DNA from: Felis catus
Lineage: Eukaryota
Assembly: GCF_018350175.1 (NCBI RefSeq)
Contig: NC_058382.1
Location: forward strand, 49,788,001-49,852,000
Direction: 5' to 3'
DNA: 64,000 nucleotides
Shown one piece after another: positions 14,871 to 28,360 of this stretch (the first letter of the stretch is position 1; every line of letters begins with the position of its first letter). The notes under the pieces are model-generated. The model did not search any database. It saw only the letters and a list, made by a program, of their open reading frames with translations, and was not told where the DNA came from. Position numbers and translations under genes: made by a program.

Positions 14871-15867
14871 CAAACCCACACCCAAACCTAAACCTTAATG
14901 CAGAGTCCCAGGGTACTGGACTAAAAAGAGTTGCTTTGTATCTCCTTGCCCTGGGTAGAATCTGGGGGCAGACCTGAGATGGCTCATTAAGAACAAGTGG
15001 ATACTCAGCACGCCTGGGTGGCTCAGTCGGTAAAGCGTCTGACTTCCACTCAGGTCATGATCTCACGGCTCGTGGTTTCGAGCCCCATAGTGGGCTCTGT
15101 GCTGACAGCTCAGAGCCTGGAGCCTGCTTCGGATTCTGTGTCTCCCTCTCTCTCTGCCCTCCCCCCACTCATCTTCTCTCCCTCTCTCAAAAATAAACAT
15201 TAAAAAAAATTTTTTTTTAAGGAACAAGCAGATACTTGCACTTAGAAATGATGGTCTGAACACACACTTGATTCTCCACTCCCTACTACACAGTGGTAAA
15301 TAAATTTACAAAGGGCAAAATTACACAAGGATATGATGAAAAGATGCAACAGAAAAAAGATGCCACTCAAATTTTCTAAAGGTAGAAAGTAAAGAAACAA
15401 GTAGAAATTGGCTTTGGTTTTTGTTTTCTCTGACCTAAGCCTATAACCATACGGAACGGCGAACAAGCAAGCCGATTTGTACTATGCTATTCCAGAATGG
15501 CTCAGTAAATTGAAATACCAGGAACCTTTGAAGGGAGAAGGAGAGGAGCAGGGCTAACATGAGTTGCAAGTCTGTATCAGGAGCAACTAGATCCCAGACC
15601 CCCTTCTTGAACCTCATACCATATGCTGTCCCCCATCCAACCTGGCAAAACCCCATTACTCATTGGAGAAATGAAAACCACAGAATTTCCAAACTCATTG
15701 GGCAGGGCTGAAGTCTCATTGTGAAAACAGGGTAATTAAATGAAAATCTATTTATTCACTCTTCCCTTACCACAACAACCTCGGAAGCTCCACACGGCTG
15801 AGTTAGTTACAGGATGGAAGGCTGCCCACGTGGACTGGACTTGGCACCAGTAAGAAATATGTGTATA

Positions 15868-16150
15868 GAGCTGACCCTCGAACAACATGGGGTTAGGAGC
15901 ACCGACCCCCACACACCTGAAAATATGCGTATAAGCTCTTACTTCCCCAAACTTAACTACTAATAGCCTACTGTTGGTAGGAGGCCTTACTGATAACATA
16001 AACGATTTCACACATTTTGTGTAAGTATTACACCATTTTCTTATAATAAAGTAAGCTAAAGAGAAAAAAATATTACAAAAATCACACAAGAAAAAATACA
16101 CACTGAAGCAGACCCACACTTCAAACCTGTGCTGTTCAAAGGGTCAACTG
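15868..16150. mobile_element. Tigger2-type MITE
   Basis: TA|GAGCTGACCCTCGAACAACA ... GCTGTTCAAAGGGTCAACTG|TA; TIRs and TA TSD visible. Confidence 0.85.
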
Positions 16151-17473
16151 TACTGTGTTAAGCTGCTGAGTTTCTGGGTTTGTTTCCACAGCATAGCCTA
16201 GCATAGCTTCATGATTATTATCAACTGAATAGGAATTTCAGAAAAAGAGAAAATACGTTAGAGGTTGTCAACAAAAAAAGAAACTTTACTACTGACTTCC
16301 CACAGCATAGCTGACATCGCAAATTTTAAGATCCACATCAAGGCACATCACTGTAAGATCTTAGAATGTGCACAATAACAGATGAAGATCAAGCGGTCCA
16401 AGCTATAAGGAAAGTAAAAGAAGCCTTTATGCAAAGCATGTTTTGTTTTGTTCACTTGTTTTACCACAGCAGTGACAAAGCTCTTGCCGCGGCCGCCTAA
16501 AGCAATTTGGTCAACAGTTTCTGAAAAGCAACCTAGACCCTAGATCCAGGAGCTGTGTTAGATATGGAACGTATAAATAAAAATATATGCGTAGTCTCTG
16601 CCCTTTAGGGGCTCACAGTCCATCAGGACAGCCAACCATGAAATAAATCATGACAACACAGGATATATAGTAAGTTCCACAAAGAAACCATGAAAAAAGC
16701 ATAGCCTATGGGAGTATCTCTGTTAGTTTCTTAATGCCAAGGTCCTTTCCACAGTCACAAAGAAATGACATCTATAAACTGTTATGTTTCTCTCAGGGAC
16801 TTTAGGAATCAACAAGAAAAAACATAAGCAGACTTTTACTCTTCATTGATAGTTATGTCTGGAAGAAATCCATTTTTTAAAAAATTCCTTTTAATGTTTA
16901 TTTTTTAAAGAGAGAGACAGAGCACAAATGGGGGAGGCGCAGAGAGAGGGAGACACAAGATCTGAAGCAGGCTCCAGGCTCCTAGATGTCAGCACAGAGC
17001 TTGACGCGGGGCTCGAACTCGTGAATGGCGAGATCATGACCTGAGCCAAAGTCAGATGCTTAACTCACTAAGCCACCCACGTGCCCCTGGAAGAAATCCA
17101 TTTTTAATAATCAGTAAGAACTTCAGCTCTCAAAATACCTTCTTCAAGGAAGAGAACAGTTAGGGGTGCCTGGGTGGCTCAGTCAGTTAAGCATCCAATT
17201 CTGGGTCTCCGCTCAGGTCATGATCTCACAGAGGCCAAGCCCCTAACAGGCTCTACATTGACAGCCAGGGAGCCTGCTTGGGATTCTCTCTTTCTCTGCC
17301 CCTCCACAGCTCACGTACACAAACTGTCTTAGTACAAATAAATAGGAGCACCTGGGTGGCTGAGTTAGTTAAGCGTCTGACTTCATCTCAGGTCATGATC
17401 TCATGGTTCGTGAGTTCAAGCCCCGTGTCAGGCTCTGTGCTAACAGCTCAGAGCCTGGAGCTTCAAATTCTGG

Positions 17474-17504
<31 letters not shown>

Positions 17505-19668
17505 CCTCACCCACTCATGCTGTCTCTGTGTCTCAAAAATAAACATTAAAAAAAATTAAATAAACTTAAAAAAAAAAAAAAGGACAACAGTTAAATTATA
17601 GACCACTTCAAATATACAAGAGGGAACCCTGACAGGAAACACCCACTATTAGCAATAGTCAGTTCAAGCGTTATCAGCAGAAATGTCATTTTAACTTCAT
17701 TTCACTTCCTCAGAACTTCCTAAAAAGTCTTTATTTAGGCAGAAACTTTCCATGACTGGCCTTTTCCAAAAGGTGAATCATTTGGGAAAGTCTGAGCTAA
17801 CTGGCTCAGCTGGTTATGTGATACAGAAGAATAAAAACTACTATTTTCCTGGGGTGCCTGGGTGGCTGAGTCAGTTAAATGTCCGACTTCCGCTCAGGTC
17901 ATGATCTCGAGACTTGTTGAGTTCGAGCCCCACGTCAAGCTCTGTGCTACAGCTCAGAGCCTGAAGCATGCTTCAGAATGAATCAGTCAATCTCTCTCTG
18001 TCTCTCTCTCTCTCTCTCTCACTCTGTCACTCTCTCTCACTCTGCCTCCCCCACTGGTGCTTTGCCTCTCTCTCAAAAATAAATAAATAAACATTAAAAA
18101 ACAAACAAACAATTTTCCTCATTCCTAAAGGATTACAAGCTACACATTTTTCAAGGGCAAAGAAAACAAAACAAAAAGATAAAAATCCAAAGCTTAATCA
18201 TTAAGACATAATTAAACATAAAAAACTAACTTTGTGCTAACACTACCTTATGCTTATACTTACAAATTCTTACAGTCATCACTAGCTCTTCCTCACATTT
18301 CTTAGATGCAGTAATGCTCTTAACTTGATACAAAGGGAAAAAGAAAAAGCAGAATAATGACATCAAGGGATTAAAAGATATGCTCAAATCCATATGTCAG
18401 GTTTGCATCTGGCTGTCAATTATAATTCAGGCCTCCCAAATTCCTATGTGAGGACTTCTTACAATACCTAAATTTTAAGTATAAATAATCTAAGTTAAAA
18501 AAAAAATCCTGCCAAATGCCAATTATTAACAGGGTTTTATTTTCTTTAGGAGGAAGGAGTTATAGAGAACGTTTGCTTGTCCCATTACTATCTCTGCAAT
18601 ATACATTTTTTAAGTAAAAAATGTACATTACTTCTGCATATGAAATGTATACATGAGAATGTATACATTTGTAGGGGGGAAAAAAGGTGCTTCCCTGAGC
18701 AATTTCTTTGTTTCTTTTTTTTTTAAAGACATCATGCTGCCCTCTTCTGACAAATGATAGAAATAGCAGATTCCCAAATACGTATCCAGTACTTAAAATT
18801 CCCATCCCTTTGCTTTACAAAATGAAATAGGAAATTTGTGTCATTAATATAAATACTAATACATTCACAAAATTTATTTGATCAGAAAATTTAATGATTT
18901 CTCATAACAACAGTTATTTACCAGCTTTTCTTACTCCCTGTGTAGGGCTGATCATAAAGCTGTAAATCTTTCCTGGCTACCCTATATGACACATGGGAAA
19001 TAATACAAGCCAAGAAAGAGTTCTAAAACTTTTTATATATTCCTAATGGTGTATCAAACACTTTCTGCATTATTTTGTACGATTTCCAAACCATTAAAGG
19101 CTTACTGTCAGTGTTCTGCTACCCTCTACTGGAGAACTCTATATATAGTTTCCAGTGTGATTTCTGGCAGCAAAATAACATTACTAATTCACATCATCAA
19201 GAATTATTTAATGGATCCCAAAATGATTGATTATCAGGGAAATGAGTGTCTTTACAATGGAGAATTCTGATAGATATTGCCTAAGTGGTCTAACTTACTG
19301 TTATTGATGTACTAGGAAGAAAAACATCACCTAGCATTTTTGTCTAGGTGACGAATCTGAAGCCTATCATGAGTAAACTATGCAAAATTCCAAACTAAGG
19401 ACCATCCTGCAAAACAGATGGACTCTTAAAAACATACAATTGCTGGGGCGCCTGGGTAGCTCAGTCAGTTAAGCGTCTGGCATCCACTCAGGTCATGATC
19501 TCACAGTTCATGAGTCTGAGCTCTGCGTTGGGCTCTGTGCTGACAGCTCAGAGCGTGGAGCCTGCCTTAGATCCTGTGTTCCCCTCTCCCTCTGCCCTCC
19601 CCGGCTTGCGCTCTGTTTGTCACTCACAAAAATAAACAAACATTAAAAAACAAAAACAAAAAAACATA

Positions 19669-20003
19669 CAATCGACCCTTGAAAAAGCAGCAGTTAGGGG
19701 TGCTGCTACCTGCCCACCACATAGTCCAAAATCCACGTGTAACTTTTGACTGCCCCCAACTTAACCATTAAAAGGCTACTGTTTAACTAGACACCTCACT
19801 GATAACGTAAACAATTAACACACACTTTGCATATGTATTACATACTGTATTCTTACAATAAACTAAGCTAGAGAAAAGAAAATGTTACTAAGAAAATCAT
19901 AAGGAAAATACATTTATGGTACTGTGCTGTATTCAGTGGAAACAAAAATCTACTTACAAATAGACCCATGAAGTTCAAACCTGTGTTGTCCAAGGGTCAA
20001 CTC
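19669..20003. mobile_element. Tigger2-type MITE
   Basis: TA|CAATCGACCCTTGAA ... TTGTCCAAGGGTCAACTC|TA; internal sequence similar to the 15868-16150 copy. Confidence 0.85.
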
Positions 20004-20185
20004 TATATACCAGTGTCACGAAATACTTAAATGAAAGGCTTAAAAAAAGGGCTTAACAAGAAAAGACTAAAAAGACTAAATGCAGAGTGTAATCTTGGAT
20101 TAGATATTGGACTTGAACAAGAAATACAGCTATAAAAGAATTTATCATTGGAAAAACTGGTAAAAAACTTGAGTAGTATTGCATA

Positions 20186-23185
20186 TAGAGCTACTTAAAA
20201 TGTGGGCTACAAAACTAATTGTTATTGGTCCAACAGAAGATGGGTACAGAAAATGTTAAGTATTTGAAAATTTGTTTAGCAATCTGACAATGTCACAATA
20301 TTTAAGACACGACTAGCGGACTCAATGAATACAGAACAATTTGGATACTGTCAAACTCGCAAGGTGGTCACATGTGACATCAGTGTATTAGTCACACACA
20401 GTGCAACGCTATAATGCGTGTGATAGTTTAGGGTTATTTTATCAAAACCCCAAAATGTGATAAAACATAAGCATTTATTTTTATAAATTATTTTTACAAT
20501 CATTCTAATTGTTAACCGAGTGTGACTTTTTAAATTTATAGTTTAAAATTAAATTAAGACGGGGCCCCTGGATGGCTCAGTCAGTTAAGCGTCCAACTTT
20601 GGCTCAGGTCTTGATCTCACAGTTCGTGGGTTCGAGGCCCGCTTCGGGCTCTGTGCTGACAGCTCAGAGCCTGGAGTCTGCTTCAGATTTTTTTGTCTCC
20701 CTCTCTCTCTGCCCCTCCCCCCACTCAGGCTTTCTCTTTCTCTGAAAAATGAATAAACCTTAAAAAAATTTTTTTTAAATAATTAAATTAAGAAAGTAAA
20801 ATCAGTATTATTTTCTTAATCCTAATGTAGTGATGGCAAAACAAGCCTCCCTGGGTATTTCTCTAAAGAAAACAAAGCTTTTCTGAATGCAGCAGTAGTA
20901 AACCACGTGATGATGGAAGCAATTCCAAAGAAACAAGGCCAATCGAAGGTCAAACTGCTTTTATTTTATGAGCACTCATACACGGAGTTTGGTTTTTGAT
21001 CATGTAGTGCTAAAACCATAGTGAGCTCTTTGCAGATGTTTTGGCTAATGAGGCAACGAATTCATCAAAACTTCATTGGTATTTATATACAAATCATAAA
21101 TCCAAAATCAAAAGAATTCTTTGAAAGAAAGAGTACTGACCTAAGAAGCCAATAGAAACAGGTGCCAAATTCCATACATTAACGTTAATTAGTGTATTGT
21201 AGTCCTCCAAGAAAGAAGCACTTTTGGTTAACTAAAGAAGAATGAGCCACCGCCAAGACATCAGTCAGACTTTATGGAAGATGTCTGCTTGGAAAGCTTG
21301 GTGAATCTGTGATAAAGAAGGTGATTCAAGTACAACTTTCCAATAACACCACAGCTTGAAGGCTTCAAGATCTAGCTTATGATAGTGAGAATGATAATAA
21401 AGTTAGCAAAATGTTTTTTCAATGCATTTGAAGAATGCCAGGTTATTATTAACATGAAAATTATGATACATGTGTGATTTTAACATGAGGGTGATGCAAA
21501 GGATTCTTTTATCAGTTTCTGGTTGACAAACATTAACTGACACCAATCTGTATAATAAAACTAAGATTGCACTGTTAACAATGTGATTTGGAATTTAAGT
21601 GTATCGAAGAGTATGTTCTAATGGCACAGCTGCAAGACAGGAGAACAGATTAGATTAAGGAGCTTGTGCTAGAACATAAAATTAACACACTGCTTCCTTC
21701 ACTGAGAAAAATCCTGCCACCAAAACAAACAACTCCACTGTTCTTAGTACAGCAGTAAAAATTGTAAATTATGTAAGGCTAAATGCACTACATTTTTTCA
21801 ATGCCTGTCTTTATATGTGTTAGGCTGAAAGCTGACCGGAAATGTACATATATTATATCGCGTGCTGAGGTACAATGGTTATGAAAGAGAAAAATGCTGT
21901 TGACAAGATGAGCTTCAGAATAAACTTAGTGTCTTTAAAAGAAAAACACCAGTTGGTCTCCAATTTTAAAGATCTCAATCAGACAGTATAACTTGGCTTA
22001 TTTGTCTGACCTTTTGTATTTTTAATAATCTTAGTACTTCCATGCAAGGAAATGATTCAACATGATTTCAGTAGCAAATGGATTATAAATAAAAACGAAA
22101 GCCAGAAGCCTGGAAGAACAGAGTTTCTACAGATTAACATGTCTCACTGAAAGTTCTGAATTCCATTTTCTGTCAAAAGAATAGCCAGACACAGGGAATT
22201 CATGAATGCAGAATTCCTGTTTTCCACTGAAATAGAACTTAAATTTAATTATAACCTGACAGGACAAATTGTTGGAATCGGCTACTGACGAAGCATTAAA
22301 GATAAACTTTGAAAATACAGTATCACTGACTTCATTCTGTATAAAAGTAAAAATAAAAATCTTGAACTTAACTGAAACAGTTTTAAAATCTGTATTTCCA
22401 TCCTCACAAGAGTATCTGTGAGATGGGTTTATAATGAGGATTATTAAGAAAAAGAAAGAAAGACAGGGCGCCTGGGTGGCTCAGTCGGTTAAGCGTCCAA
22501 CGTCGGCTCAGGCCATGATCTCACAGTATGTGGGTTCAAAACTTGCGTCGGGCTCTATGCTGACAGCTCAGAGCCTAGAGTCTGCTTTGGATTCTGTGTC
22601 TCCCTCTCTCTCTGCTCCTACCCCACTCACGCTGTCTCTCTCTCTCTCAAAAATAAACATAAAAAAAAAAAAAAAAACCCACAGAATTTACATATCCATT
22701 ATCCTCCAGTAGTGTGATCATGTATTCATCATAGACACAATAAATTAACAAAGAAATGAGCTATTTTGTCACATTAAAAACTAAAAATTAACATATACAA
22801 GTATGTATTCAAGGTGTGCATCTAGATGTTAAGTATTGAGAACTGATATTTTACTCCTGGCTTTTTGTTTTGTTTTTATTATAGAATAATGTAAACGTAT
22901 AAACAGAACAGTGATTCCCTGTACTAATTATTTATACTCCCACCTTCAATAAACAGCATGCAGAACTATATAAATCTCTTCCTATTCCTATCTGATGTTC
23001 ATTTAGACTATATTTATTGAAACGTATATTTGTATCTGTTGAATCTCGTTGTTAAAAATTTGGGCTTGTATTTTCTATATCTTTTAAATTTATTTTTCTA
23101 ACAATTCCTTTTTATTGTGTTTTATAAGAGTATTGGTCTGCAGCAAGTTGAAAATTGTAAATCAGCATCCTTCACCACAGATTTA
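20186..23185 (+). mobile_element. Decayed near-full-length hAT/Charlie (Charlie4-like) transposon in CFDP1 intron 4
   Basis: Left end TAGAGCTACTTAAAATGTGG resembles a Charlie TIR. Broken-frame transposase remnants: VLANEA..SKL (~21040), SNNT.A.R.QDLA (~21340), CS.G.AA (~21615), THCFLH.E (~21686), AEV.WL (~21865), LAYLSD (~21993). Interrupted by two SINEs. Confidence 0.75.
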
Positions 23186-23865
23186 GATAATAATGTGCAT
23201 TAATGTGAAATTTAGTGGATGTAACAGTTATGTTATACCATGAAGAAGAATGCCTGCGTTCTTAGGAAACTGTGCAGACATATTTAAGAGTGAAGCATCA
23301 TGATGACTACAAGCAATTCTCAAATGGTTCAGCCAAAACAAAAAGACAATAATACAGATCTAGATGATGGAGACAGAGGCCACACATTAACAAGTGGCGA
23401 ATGTGTATAATAGGTATATGGGTACTCATTGTAATACTAATTATTGTAGCATAATGCTGTGTGAAATCTTTCAGAAGAAGTTGGGGAAAAATATTTTTAA
23501 AAAAATAAAAAGTTCTGCTCCACACAATTTATAAAACTAATAATGCCAATTTTTTTTTTCCAATATGAATTTTGGGGAGAAAATGGGAGAAATGACTCTT
23601 GCGAGAAATGACTCAGCCAAAGTCACAAGGCATGGCAATAAGTGGAACCAAATACTTTTTTTTTTTTCTCTCAGACACTTCACAATACCTACAACTACAT
23701 CATGTTCCCTGATAATTCATGGAACCACCACTCTCCTGGAGTGGAAAACAAAACTCTTCCAAAATATTATGATGATAGAGTAGAATGAGGCCAGATGTCT
23801 AACACCATTCAAAAGATGCTCATTTTTAAACAAACTAGTTTCAAAGTCTGTAACGGTCACCTTAC

Positions 23866-23993
23866 CTGACTTCTTCACCAGCAAAATCAAACACCTTGGT
23901 GATTTTAACTTTCTCAGTTTCTTTAGGTTTCTCCAGCTCTTCTGCTCTGACCAACAATTTACTTGAACCCGTCCCTTCAGTCTTCCCTCCACT
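23866..23993 (-). CDS. CFDP1: CFDP1 coding exon 4
   Basis: 128 nt, TAG acceptor and GTAAG donor. Ends ...EKPKETEKVKITKVFDFAGEEV(R), the conserved BCNT-family motif. Confidence 0.96.
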
Positions 23994-24529
23994 CTATGAG
24001 AAAGGTAAGAGATACCATCACAGTTTCACATAAGGATGAAACCTAAAAGAACCATCCCAACATGCTATTTTGGGCTATTCTGAAATGTTTCACCTCCAAA
24101 CTGAAGACCTACTGGAAATGTATTTGATTAGAAAGGCTTGCTTTTTCTACCATAGGGAATGCTTTGCTTTTTGCTTAGAATTCTTTTTAAAAGGCATCCG
24201 GTCACGGGGTGCCTGGGTGGCTCAGTCGGTTGAGCGTTCAACTTCAGCTCATGACCTCACAGTTTGTGAGTTCAAGCCCCGCACTGGGCTCTGTGCTGTC
24301 AGCTTGGAGCCTGCTTTGGATTCTGTGTCTCCCTCTCTCTCTGCCCCTCCCCCACTTGCAGTTTGCCTCTCTCAATCTCTCAAAAATAAATAAATGGAAA
24401 AAAGGAAAAAAAAAGGCATCTGGTCTGACTTCTGCTGTAAGCATCAAATCTCAGTTTGGAAATAAAAGTCTATCCGGGGAACTTAGGGTATTTCCGGAAA
24501 GTCTACACCTCGTTTGGCTATCGACTTAC

Positions 24530-24749
24530 TTTAACTTGTGTATTTGGGGGCACTTTTGGCTTTGGTCCTACATCGTTGAGGAAGCTGGCCCAGAGCTCAT
24601 CCTCCTTCTTCCTCCTCGCGTCGTCTGAGCCAATGTCCTTTTCCTGCTCTGCAGCTGCATCTCCGTCCTCACTGCTACTTCCCTCGGAGTCCTGGTTGGC
24701 GTCCTCCTCGTCCTCTTCTGCTAATGAGAGGCCACCTTGTTTTCTCTTC
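24530..24749 (-). CDS. CFDP1: CFDP1 coding exon 3
   Basis: 220 nt, TAG acceptor and GTAAGT donor. Encodes KRKQGGLSLAEEDEED...RRKKEDELWASFLNDVGPKPKVPPNTQVK. Confidence 0.96.
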
Positions 24750-25175
24750 CTACATCACCAACAGTCACAAGGAAAAGGAAAGACAAAACAGATAATGTGA
24801 AATTATTTCAGCTATCCCCTCCTCGATTCCAAACATACTGTTGCAAATCCGAGAAAACTCTAAAATCTGAGGACTACTGATTAACACCCCACCACCCCCC
24901 TGGGGAAGGCAGGGGAGGTAAGCTGAGATTCTGTGGAAGGAAAGAATTGAGCTCATACAGTTAGCAATTTACCCAAACACTGAGACTCAAAATATAGTGA
25001 TTTACTTCTAAATCAGGACCAGCTATTTTCACGAAGAAAACACCCAAAATCACCTCACAGAATCAATCTGTCCAGGAAGTGTGTTCCAAGAACATATACT
25101 CCAATTGGAGAACATGTTCTATTGAGGAGAGCATCAAATTTATTGGCACTGTTTCTTCCTAGAGTTCTCAGGAGG

Positions 25176-25206
<31 letters not shown>

Positions 25207-26023
25207 ATGTTTTTTCCCACTTTCTGAAAATATGAAAGCTGGCATACAGAAAAACTCAAGGACCAGAGAACTGGGCCCAAGACCTAAAAGAGTGAATTGC
25301 TTCTTAGACTATTCTGACTTCAATTTTCATTATGAAAATTCTTTCTTCCTTTTTTATAAATGATAATCTACTTTTTTGCTTCAATGCCCAAAAAGATATA
25401 AATACTAATCAAAGAGAGATAAAAGACTTCTATGGAAGATTCTCTTACTGAGCTAAATAGCCTGTCAAAATTTTCATAATTTGGTGGTGGCGGGGGTGCA
25501 ATTCAGTTGCAGGCCTGTGGAATGCAATTTGCTAATATTTATTAAAATTTTTTTTTTACTGTACAAACCCTGGATCAAACGATTCTACTTCTACAGATCT
25601 GTTTCACAGATATACTTGTACCTGTACAAAAAGACGTAACAAAGAATACTCACTGCAGTCTTGTTTGCTGTAGGAAAGACAAGGTATAATCTAAATGTCC
25701 TTCAATAAGGGAATGCTTAAAACAAGGTGTAACCACCTAATGTAACACTATGCAGTCACTAAAAAGAAGAAGGTATAGCTAACTGTATTGCTGTGCTATC
25801 ACCTGAAAGATGTGAGACAGTGAAAACAAGAAACCATACACAGAGGATGCCACTCTTTGTTTTGTGGGGTCTTTTGTGTTTAATCCTAAATGTCACCAAA
25901 TGTTTCCCTTGGAAAGACAAAGATAAGAAACCCTGGTAGTAAGAACTCATCAGACCAATCCCAGCCATCAGGAAAGCTGTGACAACAGCCCCTGACTTCC
26001 GAGGGCCTTGAGGGCAGCATCAC

Positions 26024-26141
26024 CTGGATGGAATGCTCTGAGCCTTTCTTTTTTTCCCTTTGGTTTTCTGTGTCTGCTCTTCACCATCCACTTCATCTTC
26101 CTTCACTAATTCATTTACATCATCTTCACTATACTCTCCAC
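26024..26141 (-). CDS. CFDP1: CFDP1 coding exon 2
   Basis: 118 nt, CAG acceptor and GTGATG donor. Encodes GEYSEDDVNELVKEDEVDGEEQTQKTKGKKRKAQSIPS(R); phase matches exon 1. Confidence 0.96.
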
Positions 26142-28145
26142 CTGAAATCACACACATAATAGGGTGGTCAGACACATCAAGACAAGACATTTTCATTAAA
26201 AATAAAGTCTAGTAGTTTCCTCTATTCTTGGTCTAACTAAAATATCATTTCCTTAGGGAAGTCTTCCCTATTCTAGGCCTCCAGATCATCCATATTTCCC
26301 TCCATAAGTCAACCTGCTTATATTTGATGTTTGCAGTATCTATTATGCTCTCCACACCATGAGGACACATATCTGGTTTGTTAAGTCTTTGCTGAATGAA
26401 TGAATGAATGAATGAATGAATGAATAGAAATTCCAATTCTACTGTACTGTTCAAAGAAGAAATTACTGTTCCCACCACAACTTGGGTATCTTTCAAAAGT
26501 AATCAAAAGAGGGGCACCTGGGTGGCTCAGTAGGTTAAGCGTCTGACTTCAGCTCAGGTCATGATTTCACAGTTAGTGGATTCGAGCCCCATGTTGGGCT
26601 CTGTGCTGACAGCTCACAGCCTGAAACCTACTTCAGATTCTGTGTCTCCATTTCCCTCTGCCTCTCCCCAACTTGTGCTCTGTCTCTGTCTCTCAAAAAA
26701 AAAAAAAAAAAAAAAGTAATCAAAAGAGACCTTGACAAAAAAGAGGCCTAAAGACTTCCAGGTAGACACAGCAGAAAGAACAAACATGTCTAGGGATGTC
26801 TAGGCAGCTCAGTCAGTTAGTGTCCAACTCTTGATTTCAACTCAGGTCACGATCCCACAGTTCATGGATTGAGCCCCGTGTCTGGCTCAGAGCCTGCTTG
26901 GGACTCTGTCTCTCCCTCTGTGCTTTTCCCCTGCTCACACGTGCACACGTTCTCTCAGTAAATAAACATTAAAAAAAAAAAAAAAAGTCCAGTTCCCATC
27001 CTCAGACACTGACATTCAGGGGTTCCCAACGAGAAGGTGTTACCTGGATGCCCAGGATGACCACGCTCTACAGGCATCAGTCAATAAATCCTATCCATAT
27101 GGAGATTCAAGTAGTTTTCTTTTTTACTTCATGTAAACTTTCATTTGAAGCATAACACACACACTGAAAAGCACACAAATCTACTGTACAGCTCAATGAA
27201 ATTACACAAAGAGAACACACTTGTATAACCAGACCTAGCTCAAAAATCAGAACACAACCAGCATCCCAGAAGGCCCCTTGTGCCCTGTTCCGGGCATTGG
27301 CCACCACCCCGTCCCAAGGACCATCGTGACTCCTAACACCACAGATCAGGTTTGCCTGGTTTCCACCCTTAAACAAACAGAAGCCTACAATTTGACTCCT
27401 GGGTGTCCAGCTTCTCTCACTCAACATGCTGTGTGTAGGTCACCTACTGTAGCTCAGTTTATTCACTCCCATTCTGAAGTAGTGTTTCACCGCATGACTG
27501 GACCATGATGTATTTATCCATTCTCCTGCTGATGAACAGTGAGGTTGTTTCCAGTTTGGGACTATTACAAATAGTACTGTTTTAAATATTCCTGTACATC
27601 AAATCAGCTTTTAAATATTTCACTCACAAAGAACCAAGGACCACCAAACATTTGAGGAAAGACTCCAATATGAAAGGCAAGACTGAAAACATGAAAGTCA
27701 TTCAGAGATAACACAATAAGAAAAAAAAAGCCTTTATAAAATCTTCAAAAAGATAAAAGAACGTATTCCCATCACGACATAATGACTTCAGCATTTTTCA
27801 AAACACTTTAAAAAAACCTAGGGATTCCTGGGTGGCTCAGTCAGTTGAGTGTCCGACTTTGGCTCAGGTCATGATCTCACAGTACGACAGTGCAGAGCCA
27901 GCTTAGAACTCTCTCTCCCTCCTTCTCTCTCTGCTCCTCCCCTACTTGCATGCATCCATGCTCTCTCTCACTCTGAAAAATAAACTGAGGGTTGATGGGG
28001 GGTGGGGGAGAGGGGAAAGTGGGTGATGGGCATCGAGGAAGGCACTTGTTGGGATGAGCACTGGGTGTCGTATGGAAACCAATTTGTCAATAAATTATAT
28101 TAAAAATAAATAAATAAACAAACAAACATTAAAAAAAAAACTTTA

Positions 28146-28360
28146 GGGGCGCCTGGGTGGCGCAGTCGGTTAAGCGTCCGACTTCAGCCAGGTCACGATC
28201 TCGCGGTCCGTGAGTTCGAGCCCCGCGTCAGGCTCTGGGCTGATGGCTCGGAGCCTGGAGCCTGTTTCTGATTCTGTGTCTCCCTCTCTCTCTGCCCCTC
28301 CCCCGTTCATGCTCTGTCTCTCTCTGTCCCAAAAATAAATAAAAAAACGTTGGAAAAAAA
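28146..28360 (+). mobile_element. Young felid SINEC_Fc
   Basis: Near-identical to the 33902 copy; flanked by AAAAAAACTTTA on both sides. Confidence 0.93.
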
